From: an uncultured Nitrospiraceae bacterium | GTDB taxonomy: Bacteria; Nitrospirota; Thermodesulfovibrionia; Thermodesulfovibrionales; Dissulfurispiraceae | Reading direction: 5' to 3' | DNA: 64,000 nt | Assembly: GCA_963727805.1 (NCBI GenBank) | Contig: CAVSHF010000005.1 | Span: 1,088,001 to 1,152,000, forward strand | Shown here: in pieces, positions 39,124-48,749 of the stretch | Layout of the letters: each line of letters starts with the position of its first letter | How positions within the stretch are numbered: the first letter of the stretch is position 1 | Made by a program: the position numbers and the translations under genes | Notes under the pieces: model-generated | What the model was told of the DNA's origin: nothing | The model's database searches: none | Seen by the model: the letters and a program-made list of their open reading frames with translations, nothing else

Positions 39124-40488
39124 TCATTTATTAGGCTCCTGCCCCTTGTTGAGCATGGCCTTTGATCCATAATACTCATCGCAGTCAGTAGCATCCGTTT
39201 CGATACTCATTGCGAAGTATTCCGCCGCACCTTGTTTGTTCCCGTCAACTAGGCGCTTCACCCCAAGAAAGAAGTATGCCTCGCACAGCATCTCACCACG
39301 TCTTTTCACATCCTTGTCCTTCCTGATCTCTGTCAGGACGTATTGCTCGCTGACCTTGTCGGCGCTTGTGTAATATGCTGCAACTGCTCGCATAACTCCA
39401 GCGGTATCGTTTGTAGAAACATACTTCCGGAGCTGGTTGATAGCCGGTGTATCATTGCGTTTCAGCATCCATGCAACATTCAGCAGACGCAGGTATGGGT
39501 ATCCAAACATCGGGTCCAGTTCTATGGCCTTGGCAAAGTCTGTCTCGGCCGGAGCATACAAACCTTCATCATAATAGGCATTGCCACGGTTCGTGTAGGC
39601 GTTCACAAATTTAGGCCCTAGAGCAATCGCTTTGGAGTAATCGGCAATAGCCTGATCATATAGGCCTTTGTTGCGGTAAGCGATTCCCCGATTATTATAG
39701 GCGATGACACTCTTGGAGTCCAGATCGATGGCTTTACTATAGTCAGCTATGGCATGGTCGTAAAGACCCTTGTGGCGATATGAAATGCCACGGTTGATGT
39801 AAGAGTTCACATTCCTAGGGTCCAGATCGATGGCCCTGGAGTAATCGGCTATGGCCTGATCGTAAAGACCCCTGTCATCATATGCAACAGCTCGGTTGAA
39901 ATAGGCGTAGGCAAACGCCGAGTCTAGGCCTATTGCCCTGTTGTAATCTGCCAGGGCTCGCTCATAGCTACCCTTCCTATAATGAACGATACCACGGTTG
40001 TTATGAGCCATAACATTCTTAGGCGCCAGACTTATAGCCCTGTCGAAATCATCTTTTGCCTGATCATAAAGGCCCATTTTATAATAAGCAATACCCCGGT
40101 TAATATAGGCATTCACGTTCTTGCTGGCCAAGCCGATAGTCTTAGTATAGTCGTCTATTGCTGGGTCGAACAGGCTTTTGTCACTATAAGCATTACCTCG
40201 GTTAAAGTATGCATCAAAAAGATTTGGATTAAGAGCGATGGCCCTATTGTAATCGACTATGGCCTGATCACAAAGACCCTCCTTATAGGCAGCATAGCCC
40301 CGATTATTGTAAATTGCCGCCATGTCATCCTTTGACATGCCACTGTTTCGCATCTTCGCATATTCCTCGATCGCCAAGTGATAATCCTTGCCTCCAGCAG
40401 TATCGTGACACAGGTTATCTGCCCGGCAGACAACCGCGCCTGCAAGCAGCATTGCAACAGAACATGCAATGACCATCCTCATGACCAC
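39124..40488 (-). CDS. Exported tetratricopeptide-repeat protein (NlpI-like C-terminus)
   Basis: Signal peptide; about 8 tandem 34-aa repeats AY.NRG..Y..KG.YD.AIADY.KAI.L; C-terminal LCEAYFFLG. Confidence 0.9.
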   Translation of the reverse strand: MVMRMVIACSVAMLLAGAVVCRADNLCHDTAGGKDYHLAIEEYAKMRNSGMSKDDMAAIYNNRGYAAYKEGLCDQAIVDYNRAIALNPNLFDAYFNRGNAYSDKSLFDPAIDDYTKTIGLASKNVNAYINRGIAYYKMGLYDQAKDDFDRAISLAPKNVMAHNNRGIVHYRKGSYERALADYNRAIGLDSAFAYAYFNRAVAYDDRGLYDQAIADYSRAIDLDPRNVNSYINRGISYRHKGLYDHAIADYSKAIDLDSKSVIAYNNRGIAYRNKGLYDQAIADYSKAIALGPKFVNAYTNRGNAYYDEGLYAPAETDFAKAIELDPMFGYPYLRLLNVAWMLKRNDTPAINQLRKYVSTNDTAGVMRAVAAYYTSADKVSEQYVLTEIRKDKDVKRRGEMLCEAYFFLGVKRLVDGNKQGAAEYFAMSIETDATDCDEYYGSKAMLNKGQEPNK

Positions 40489-41066
40489 GGCCTCCTCATA
40501 TGCAATTCGAAAATTTCCATCTCAGTCGATACGTTTACCGACACCCATCTCGATATGCAGCTCGATATCCAGAAGGCTGCTATTTCAGGCCTGCTTCCAC
40601 CCCTACCTAAAAGGTGCTTAGCATTCCATACAGTGCCACCAAAAATTGCTACGAGGAGCAGGTTCTTCATCCTGTTCATAACTTCGATATAGTTGGTTTC
40701 AACCGCCACACTATAGCCGAAGTGTTCCATGAGGACATGACATTAGTTCGTTCCGTAACTGAAGATTTAAGCTTACTGATGACCCCGCCAGTACCACGGG
40801 CATGCGCAGCGCCCTTGACCCGGTTTTATTAATAATTATATATTTCAACTTTACCATATTGTTGAGGTTAAAAAGATAGTAGTATCCTGCGTTTTTCATG
40901 AAAGTTAGGTTCCCTGACTCATCAGCCTTGATGTAATCCTGTACTATACAAAATACAATTTCCTCCATCTTACTGTGACTGAGCATTTATAAAAATAACA
41001 TCATGATCAGCTAATATGCCATGAAAGGCACAGCGATCTGGTAGTGTAGACCTTGTGCACAGAGCT

Positions 41067-41310
41067 AGGGAGTCTATGGGAGAATGGCTACATCGAGTCA
41101 TTCAATGGGGACCTGAGGAATGATCTTTTGACAGAGAAACTTTTACGACATTACGTGAGGCGCAGTACTGATAGAGGACTGGCGCAACAGTAAAATCATG
41201 TGCGACCTCACAGCTCTCCTGAGCATGGGCCACGGATCAAAGGCTACATGAACCAGTTATCAAACAATCAATACTACACTGAGTGTGGTACAATAATCCG
41301 GGACAAGTCA
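41067..41310 (+). mobile_element. IS3-family transposase 3' remnant with right inverted repeat
   Basis: Frameshifted GSLWENGYIESFNGDLRNDLL..TFTTLREA..LIEDWR..NHVRPHSS; ends GTGGTACAATAATCCGGGACAAGTCA (CA-3' terminus typical of IS3). Confidence 0.8.
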
Positions 41311-41479
41311 ATTATCTCAATTATCGAGAATAAAAATGCAAAAACACAGTCTCTACAATAAGATATCAGAAGCTTAACCAAGCGTTGGTGTTAGCTAACT
41401 TCTATATATTGGAGACTATCGATAACGGTTAAAGTCGAGTTTGATATTCCTATGAACGTATTACAATGAAGAAAAGAAC

Positions 41480-42433
41480 ATGGATGAAGAAATAAAGATT
41501 CTCTGTATTGATAAGGATCCTAAAATCCTGAAAAGTCTGACGCAACTTTTTCGTGAAGATCCATTTGCCATACTCACCGCTTCTACGGCGGCCGAGGGAA
41601 TTGAACTACTAAGCATAAATACAGTTTCTGTCATTCTTTCGGACAACATGCTACCCGGCATGACAGGTATCGAATTAATGGAGTTGGCAAAGTCCCTTTC
41701 CCCTGACAGCATAAGGATACTTATGACTGGTCTCGCGGATCCCGATGTGGCCATAGACGCAATTAATAAGGGGGAGATTTTCAAGTTTATTATGAAACCG
41801 TGGGATAACGATGAACTCAGGAGAATCGTATGTGATTCGATAGCTAAATACAAGATTGTGATAGCTATCAGAAATGCTGACGACACTAGTATCCTCTCCC
41901 TAGCTCAGACAATTGAACTGAAGGATCCATACACGAAAGGACATTGCGAAAGGGTTGCCGTGTTCGCGCTGATGATAGCGGATGCACTGAACTTGAATGG
42001 GGAGAAGAAAAAGCATATTAAATATGGCAGCTGGCTTCATGACTGCGGCAAGATAGGCGTTCCCGAATTAATTTTGAATAAACCGGGACCTCTCGATGAC
42101 GAACAGTTCGAGACAGTTAAACGACATGCACGCTGGGGCGGCGATGTGGTAAAAACCTCACGAATCCCCAATACGGTTGTTAATATTGCGGTCTATCATC
42201 ATGAGAGGTTTGACGGCACGGGGTATCCGTTGGGGCTCAGTGGTGTTCATATACCTGTTGAGGCTAGGATAGTGGCTATAGCGGATGCGTACGATGCCAT
42301 GACATCTGACAGACCATACAGAAAAAGGCTTTCCCATGTAGCTGCAATTGATGCTCTCCGAAAAGGGAAGAACGGAACTTTCGACCCGACCTTGGTCGAT
42401 ATATTTGTCAATATCATCGATACGGCAGGGTAA
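41480..42433 (+). CDS. Response regulator with HD-GYP cyclic-dinucleotide phosphodiesterase domain
   Basis: REC domain (SDNMLPGMTG, KPW); KDPYTKGHCERV, LHDCGKIG, HHERFDGTGYP and DAYDAMTSDRPYR motifs. Confidence 0.93.
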   Translation: MDEEIKILCIDKDPKILKSLTQLFREDPFAILTASTAAEGIELLSINTVSVILSDNMLPGMTGIELMELAKSLSPDSIRILMTGLADPDVAIDAINKGEIFKFIMKPWDNDELRRIVCDSIAKYKIVIAIRNADDTSILSLAQTIELKDPYTKGHCERVAVFALMIADALNLNGEKKKHIKYGSWLHDCGKIGVPELILNKPGPLDDEQFETVKRHARWGGDVVKTSRIPNTVVNIAVYHHERFDGTGYPLGLSGVHIPVEARIVAIADAYDAMTSDRPYRKRLSHVAAIDALRKGKNGTFDPTLVDIFVNIIDTAG

Positions 42434-42936
42434 CATCAAGCCGAACTGCCAATGTCCTTAAATAAACAGGACGACAATAAACGCATGCAAGACGTTACCA
42501 ACAGAAGAATCCCTTATTAGAATGCTAATATATCTCAAACGACGACTGAAGGAATGTCATATGGCTGTCAAACAGAACAGTATCTATGCTTTGTCTGCAG
42601 CAGGCATCCTTATCGGCATCTTTTTTTCAGCCATGGTATTCTGAGCTGGATCATACTGATAACACCAGAAAATATCGTCCAAGTCTGATGCGGTACCACA
42701 AGGCAAGAATGCAGTTAGTTGGATTGACAGGCTCAGACCTGGAAGTGTCCTATTCTGCAGGAATTCACCCCATAAACTGGGTTTCCCACATCCATCTTTT
42801 CTGGATTTCAGCACATTAATTGAGTTGCTTATCTTAATTCCATAGCAAATGTATATCGACACTTTGTTTATTCGTGGCATCCCCCAGTTTTCATGACATG
42901 CTTCGGTGGGAAGGATGTCCTGTTTGATGCTCCACC

Positions 42937-44538
42937 CTACCTGCGGGTCTTGAGGCTGAAGTCGGGATATGCAGTGACTGCGACTTCGTTCTGGTCAAGA
43001 CCTTCGAATTCTACTTCAGGAGATACACGCAACGGGATAATCATATTCAACAGCTTGAAAAAACTATACATTAAAGCAAAGACAAAAACGATATTTACGA
43101 CTACGCCGATCACCTCTGCAGCAAACTGAGATGCCCCCCCGTAGAACAATCCTTTGACCGTACCGGTAACGCTGTTGAGGCCATCGCCGTATGTCCCGTC
43201 CGCAAAAAGTCCGAGACCTAGAAGACCCCATGCCCCGCAAGTGCCGTGAACGGATATGGCCCCCACAGGATCATCGACTTTCAACTTCCTCTCAACGAAG
43301 AAGATACTTGCACAGCAGAGAACTCCTCCAATCAGTCCGATTATTACAGCTCCTACAGTGCTTACGAATGCACACGCCGCTGTTATAGAAACGAGTCCGG
43401 CCAGCAGTCCGTTGGCGCACACGGAAAGGTCAGGCTTGCCGTAAAGTATCCACATATAGCACATCGCAGAGAAGCATGCTGCGCTGGAAGCAAGCATTGT
43501 ATTTACCGCTATTACACCGACCCTCAGGTCCCCACCGGCAAGGGCAGAGCCTGAATTGAACCCGAACCAGCCGAAGAAAAGAATGAGGCAGCCCACGATG
43601 GCCATTGGGATATGATGTCCGGGCATCGCATTGGGTGTTCCATCGGTCCTGTATTTTCCCATACGGGGACCGAGGACTATCGCTCCTGCAAGCGCCGAAA
43701 CTCCACCGACCATATGAACGACGGATGATCCGGCGAAATCAAGGACCCCGTGACCGAGACCGAAGTTCTTACCGAGCATTGACAGCCAACCGCCGCCCCA
43801 TACCCAGTTTGCGTAAATCGGATATGTGAACATTGAAATGAAGAAGGCGTATATGACAAACGATTTGAATGTCCAGCGTTCGGCCATTGCCCCGGTCGGA
43901 ATAGTTGCCGCAATATCCATTAATACCGCTTGAAACAAAAAGAGCGTAATGATCGAGACATCATATGCCTGCCCTGAAAGAAAAAATCCGGTCGTGCCGA
44001 AAAGTCCGAAGTCCCTGCCGAAAAGGTGCAATGCAACTTCACCATTCAGCAATCCCGTGCCACCCGCAAGAGGCCCGGTGCCGACTCCCCCCATCTGGAG
44101 CGCATAGCCGCAAATCCAGTAACCTAGCACTCCAAAGACGAAGACCATCATGTTCATTGCCATGGTGTGTCCCGTATTCTTTGCCCTCGTAAAGCCGGTC
44201 TCAACCATTGCAAAGCCTGCTTGCATAAAAAAAACGAGAAACCCGCAGATCAGGGTCCAGATAAAATTGATAGCTATCCTGTTGTGGCCTATCACATCGG
44301 CCAGCTTCGTGGCAAGCGGCTCGTTCGTGGCCAGTTTCTTCATATCATCTGCGGTGGGTGCCCCTCGCGAGGCTCCTACCACATCCGCTGCTCCGCCGGT
44401 ATTTGCCCCGGACGGATCAGGTTTCAGTACCGGTGCGGAGGCCGTCCGCACCTGTTCATCGGCAAACGTCTGGAATGCAGGCAGCAGGAGTCCTGCAAAT
44501 AACACAGTCAACAACAAAATAATCCATGCCCTGTTCAT
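42937..44538 (-). CDS. amtB: Ammonium transporter (Amt) with long N-terminal extension
   Basis: FMQAGFA, GAMAER, DFAGSSVVH, WFGFNSGS and DDPVGAISVHG motifs. Confidence 0.95.
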   Translation of the reverse strand: MNRAWIILLLTVLFAGLLLPAFQTFADEQVRTASAPVLKPDPSGANTGGAADVVGASRGAPTADDMKKLATNEPLATKLADVIGHNRIAINFIWTLICGFLVFFMQAGFAMVETGFTRAKNTGHTMAMNMMVFVFGVLGYWICGYALQMGGVGTGPLAGGTGLLNGEVALHLFGRDFGLFGTTGFFLSGQAYDVSIITLFLFQAVLMDIAATIPTGAMAERWTFKSFVIYAFFISMFTYPIYANWVWGGGWLSMLGKNFGLGHGVLDFAGSSVVHMVGGVSALAGAIVLGPRMGKYRTDGTPNAMPGHHIPMAIVGCLILFFGWFGFNSGSALAGGDLRVGVIAVNTMLASSAACFSAMCYMWILYGKPDLSVCANGLLAGLVSITAACAFVSTVGAVIIGLIGGVLCCASIFFVERKLKVDDPVGAISVHGTCGAWGLLGLGLFADGTYGDGLNSVTGTVKGLFYGGASQFAAEVIGVVVNIVFVFALMYSFFKLLNMIIPLRVSPEVEFEGLDQNEVAVTAYPDFSLKTRR

Positions 44539-44556
44539 TTCAATCTCCCTTATCTA

Positions 44557-44886
44557 CTATATCTTAATCTTGTCGCCGAATTGGATTATCATCCCGCCGC
44601 AGATAATGACCGACAAGCCAATCCAGGTCGAACCCGGTATATTCTCATCGAACACGAAACGTCCGAACAATATACTGATCAGCGCGAATACCGCCACATA
44701 GACGCCGAGAAGCCTAGAAAAATCCCATTTAACCGTGTTGACTACTACTCCGTATAATCCCAGCATTGCGGCACCCATAAGAATAACCAATACCCCGCTG
44801 CCGCGTAGACCTTTACGGACTACAGCATCCCCGCCTACTTCCAGGATTGCTGCGGCAATGAAAACAAGCCATGCAAAATATGTCAT
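44557..44886 (-). CDS. SMR/YnfA-like small 4-TM membrane protein
   Basis: About 109 aa, 4 hydrophobic helices, membrane-embedded Glu in AAILEVGGD, F.R..GVY motif. Confidence 0.7.
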   Translation of the reverse strand: MTYFAWLVFIAAAILEVGGDAVVRKGLRGSGVLVILMGAAMLGLYGVVVNTVKWDFSRLLGVYVAVFALISILFGRFVFDENIPGSTWIGLSVIICGGMIIQFGDKIKI

Positions 44887-44916
44887 AACATTAATCCTCC
44901 GATACAATAATTTGAG

Positions 44917-46713
44917 TCAATGCGAAGGTCCGCGGTGAATGATAAGCCACAGCACAATAAGAAAGATTGCAAGAGCTATCGACACGCCCAGCACGACCCA
45001 GCGGATCTTCTTCCAGCTCTGCTTCCACGGGGTCGGTGCCTGAAGCCGGTGGCATCGTCCGGTTAGTTGCACGGCACCCGGATTGTCCAGATCCGACTTC
45101 ATCGCTGCGGCTGACTGATACCGGTCCCCCGGATTGCGTTCCATAGCGTGCAGGATGATCTCCTCGACGTGAGTAGAAACTTTCGGATTGCGTTTCCGCG
45201 GGGCTTCAGGGTCGCCAGTCACACGTGCATTCATGATCACAAACGGATTGTCACCCTCGAACGGCGGCACGCCAACGACCATTTCGTAAAGCATGGCGCC
45301 CAAGCTGTAGATATCGGTCCGCACGTCGCCGCGCTTTCCGCTTACTTGTTCCGGTGCCATGTAATCGGGTGTACCAACCGCAGGAGTGAAGCCAGTGAAT
45401 GTGATCCGTCTGCCCTTCTCCGCCTTGGCGATGCCGAAATCCATTATACGAATCGTGCCATCATAGCAGATCATGATATTCTGCGGTTTAAGATCGCGAT
45501 GGATGATGCCGTTCTCATGCATATATGACAACGCTTCGCAGATACTGCTCGACAGCTTGACTGCGTCTCTTTCGGGTATCGGGCGGACGCTGTTCAACAG
45601 GTGCGAAAGAGTATAGCCACGGAGATATTCGGTCACAATGTAGGGCCGGCTGCGGTGTCCTTCCTCCAAGTGAATGAATTTCAGGATGTACGGATGGTTC
45701 AGGCGAAGTCCGATCTCCTCCTCACGCTGGAACCGCGAGTAGAATCCGGGATCGCTCTCGAACTCCATGAACGGCACCTTTACGGCCACTGTCTCTTTGT
45801 TCGTCAGATCAGTGGCCTTGAATATTGTTGCCATTCCGCTACGACTGATGGTTTCGGTGATTAGAAAGCGGTTATCGAGCGTCTGTCCGGGGCGAAGTTC
45901 ATACTTGGCAGTAGGGTCGGCAGTCTCCTGGTACATCGGCACCCCGCGATAATACGCTACCTTCTCAACATCATTGATCTGTAGGACCTGCACAGATAGA
46001 TTGTCTTCGGTTCCTCTCTGCTCGGACAGCGCTATAAGCTGGCGACAAGCTTGTGCCGGAGAGAGGCGCGATACGATATCGGCGATCTCGCTGTCTGCAA
46101 CGTGGGAATACAGGCCGTCCGAACAAAGAACTACGCGGTCGCCGTTAAAAATCGTAACGCTCTCCACATCAACCCGTGCTACCGGCTCCGGCCCGACGCT
46201 GCGCGTCAGTATAGAGCGGTTCTCACTTGTCTTGGCATCCTGTTCCGAAATCAACCCGAACTTTTGCTGCATTCCGGTATAGGTATGGTCTGTTGACAAT
46301 TGCTTGATCTCGGTCTTGCGAATTAGATATACTCGGGAATCTCCGACATTGCCGACCACAAGTTCATTGTTGCGAAGTACGGCAATGGCCAAAGTTGTAG
46401 CCATGCGGGACTTGCCGTGGTCCTCCATGCCTTTGTCGTATACCGCAAGATTTGCCGCGTTGAACATCTGAGTGAGTAACTGCTGCGGGGTCGGCTCGCC
46501 TGGGATCTCGCGAAAGGTCTTGAGCGCCGTTTCCACAGCCAGCCGGCTCGCCACTTCTCCATGATTCATTCCGCCCACACCATCGGCAAGCACGGCCACT
46601 GCACCAAGCCTACGCTTCTCTTCCAGTGATTGCGGTTGCCAGAAGCCCACGTAATCTTCATTGTTTTCGCGCGCAGGTCCGGGTGATGACAGTTCAGAGT
46701 AGGTTAGTTCCAT
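44917..46713 (-). CDS. Bifunctional PP2C-type phosphatase / Hanks-type Ser/Thr kinase with C-terminal TM anchor
   Basis: PP2C motifs RENNED, ADGVGG, GDSR, CSDGL and DN; kinase motifs VAVK, HRDLKPQN, DFG, GTPDYMAPE and DIYSLG; C-terminal TM. Confidence 0.93.
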   Translation of the reverse strand: MELTYSELSSPGPARENNEDYVGFWQPQSLEEKRRLGAVAVLADGVGGMNHGEVASRLAVETALKTFREIPGEPTPQQLLTQMFNAANLAVYDKGMEDHGKSRMATTLAIAVLRNNELVVGNVGDSRVYLIRKTEIKQLSTDHTYTGMQQKFGLISEQDAKTSENRSILTRSVGPEPVARVDVESVTIFNGDRVVLCSDGLYSHVADSEIADIVSRLSPAQACRQLIALSEQRGTEDNLSVQVLQINDVEKVAYYRGVPMYQETADPTAKYELRPGQTLDNRFLITETISRSGMATIFKATDLTNKETVAVKVPFMEFESDPGFYSRFQREEEIGLRLNHPYILKFIHLEEGHRSRPYIVTEYLRGYTLSHLLNSVRPIPERDAVKLSSSICEALSYMHENGIIHRDLKPQNIMICYDGTIRIMDFGIAKAEKGRRITFTGFTPAVGTPDYMAPEQVSGKRGDVRTDIYSLGAMLYEMVVGVPPFEGDNPFVIMNARVTGDPEAPRKRNPKVSTHVEEIILHAMERNPGDRYQSAAAMKSDLDNPGAVQLTGRCHRLQAPTPWKQSWKKIRWVVLGVSIALAIFLIVLWLIIHRGPSH

Positions 46714-46762
46714 AGTTCGAACACTTTAGCATTTATTTTACGAAATTGAAAGAATACGTTGC

Positions 46763-46796
46763 AAAAAGGATGGCCACCCCTTAAGGTGACCATCCT
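46763..46796 (-). terminator. Rho-independent terminator between the APC permease and kinase/phosphatase genes
   Basis: Minus strand AGGATGGTCACC-TTAAGG-GGTGGCCATCCT followed by TTTT. Confidence 0.75.
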
Positions 46797-46826
46797 GATT
46801 CGAAACTGATACACTGCTCAGCCTCT

Positions 46827-48725
46827 TTAGGATTTCGCAGGACTGCTGAGGAGGATTCCCTTGCCCTTGGCCTTACTGCTCTTCATGAAGTAAATAGCAC
46901 CGTAAATGCCCCACAGTGCGACGACGCCGAGCGCTATATACGGTTCCTTCCAGCTCATGCCGGCTACTGCAAATGGCCCTACAAGGTAGAAGATCATGAT
47001 CACAAGGTTGGCCAAAAGACCGAGGATCGGTATAACCAGATGCTTGATCCCATTAAAGGTATGATGCTCTTTGAAAGCCACCATCGCGATCCAGCAAGTG
47101 ATCATGTAGAGAAGGAAGGTACCGAAGTTGCTTACCAGCGTGACTATGAGTAGAGTATTGGGTAGTGCCACGTACATATCGGGCGAGAATATGCCGATGC
47201 TGTACCAGAAGTTATGTTTGTCCAGTGCCGCAGGTGCCGTCGCCTGCCCTCCCATATAAATCGTCACTGTTATGATTCCGATGATCACAGAGATCACGGC
47301 CAGAGCCCAGATTGCACGATAGGGAGACGATGTTTTGCCGTGAAGGAGACCGAAATGCGAGGGTACTTCCTCGTCACGGCCCATCGCATAGGTAACGCGG
47401 GCGCCGGTGCTGAGGCAGGAGAGTGTCGTGCCGATCAGCGCCAGAAAGACTGTGAAAGCCTGTACAAGCATGAACGCCTTGCCTGCCGCGTAACTGCCGA
47501 ACAACCATGTGCCGACGATGACCATCATGTCTCCTATCGGTGCGCCGGAGGCGCCTGCCATAGGTATGGTGTAGCCGTTGTGTAGCAGGTAGTTGGCGCC
47601 GAAATACTCGATCAGGTAGCAAAACGCCCCCTGGATCGCCAGGGAGAGCAGGACCGCCTTCGGAATGTCCCTCTTCGGATGCTTCGCCTCTTCACCCATC
47701 GCGGTGACCGACTCGAACCCGACCAGGATCAGGATCGCTATTGCCGCCTGTATGAAGATGTAATTGAAGCCATGCGGAGATACGACGGACCCCGCGGTCG
47801 AATGATAGTTGAACGTTTCAACCCCCTTGTCATCCTTAGTGACCGCGCCGTCAGTATAGTCTACCGTGAACGGGGCGGCGAGTTTCGGGTCTGTTGCTGG
47901 CTTGCCGTCCTTGTCCGCAGGTATCGGCATACTTGTCTTTTCATCCATCATATCAGCCATCTGATATACCGGCTTCCCGTCCTTGTCCATCGTCGGTTTG
48001 CCGTCGGGATCGAGCGCAGGTGTTGGATTGCCCTTGTCATCCTTCACCACATCTTGTGCAACCTGATAGTTAACTGCAATACCGTTGGAAAGATGGTAAC
48101 CGACAGTCCCCTGAGGGTGCTGAACGCGATAGCCAATGGCGATTACCGTGAAAATCAGAAGCGCCGAAATCTGGATGATATTGATAGCCACATTGACAGC
48201 CGTTGTGCCGGTTACACCACGGTATGCGATGTAAGCAACGCCCAGTGCAAAGACTATGCAGAAAAGCCACATAAAAATCGGGCTGTTATAAGTGCCGCTG
48301 AAGGTATCCGGCCAGAATTGACTGCACAGGAATCCACCGAGGATCGCTGTGACGCCAACCATGACTCCAGGATATACCCAATAATAGAGGTGGCTCGCCC
48401 ATCCTGTGATGAACTTGGCGATGCGTGCGAATTTGTAGGAGTGGGTTTTTGAAAGGTACGCTTGCTCCGCATACAGATACGACGATCCCGGGCCTGGATA
48501 CAATTTTGCCAGTTCCGAATAGCTGATTGCAGTGGCGAAGCACAGCAACAGGGCAAAGAGAATGCCAAACCACATCGACATCCCGGCCATCGGTGCGCCG
48601 TAAAGCGACTGCATTTGAAAAGTTAACCATAGGAACGCTCCTGGGGCGATTAGCGCCATCGCGTTCATCGTAAGACCCGTCAGGCCCAATGTCCCTCTGG
48701 TGACTGGTTGTTGTTCGTTTGCCAT
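46827..48725 (-). CDS. APC superfamily amino acid/amine permease with a large repeat-containing loop
   Basis: About 12 TMs; P.PGSSY.Y, ILVGFES, GEEAKHPKRDIP and ARVTYAMGRD motifs; ~110 aa hydrophilic insertion. Confidence 0.92.
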   Translation of the reverse strand: MANEQQPVTRGTLGLTGLTMNAMALIAPGAFLWLTFQMQSLYGAPMAGMSMWFGILFALLLCFATAISYSELAKLYPGPGSSYLYAEQAYLSKTHSYKFARIAKFITGWASHLYYWVYPGVMVGVTAILGGFLCSQFWPDTFSGTYNSPIFMWLFCIVFALGVAYIAYRGVTGTTAVNVAINIIQISALLIFTVIAIGYRVQHPQGTVGYHLSNGIAVNYQVAQDVVKDDKGNPTPALDPDGKPTMDKDGKPVYQMADMMDEKTSMPIPADKDGKPATDPKLAAPFTVDYTDGAVTKDDKGVETFNYHSTAGSVVSPHGFNYIFIQAAIAILILVGFESVTAMGEEAKHPKRDIPKAVLLSLAIQGAFCYLIEYFGANYLLHNGYTIPMAGASGAPIGDMMVIVGTWLFGSYAAGKAFMLVQAFTVFLALIGTTLSCLSTGARVTYAMGRDEEVPSHFGLLHGKTSSPYRAIWALAVISVIIGIITVTIYMGGQATAPAALDKHNFWYSIGIFSPDMYVALPNTLLIVTLVSNFGTFLLYMITCWIAMVAFKEHHTFNGIKHLVIPILGLLANLVIMIFYLVGPFAVAGMSWKEPYIALGVVALWGIYGAIYFMKSSKAKGKGILLSSPAKS

Positions 48726-48749
48726 AATGTTACTCCTTTTCCTTTTTCT

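Noticed and set aside
39560..40330. Periodic DNA repeats resembling an array
   Set aside because: The 102 nt periodicity is explained by coding TPR repeats; there are no identical repeats with unique spacers, so this is not CRISPR.
40479..40986. Short minus-strand ORFs upstream of the TPR gene
   Set aside because: No convincing motifs or SD; probably decayed sequence next to the IS remnant.
47679..48452. 257 aa plus-strand ORF
   Set aside because: Antisense shadow of the APC permease.
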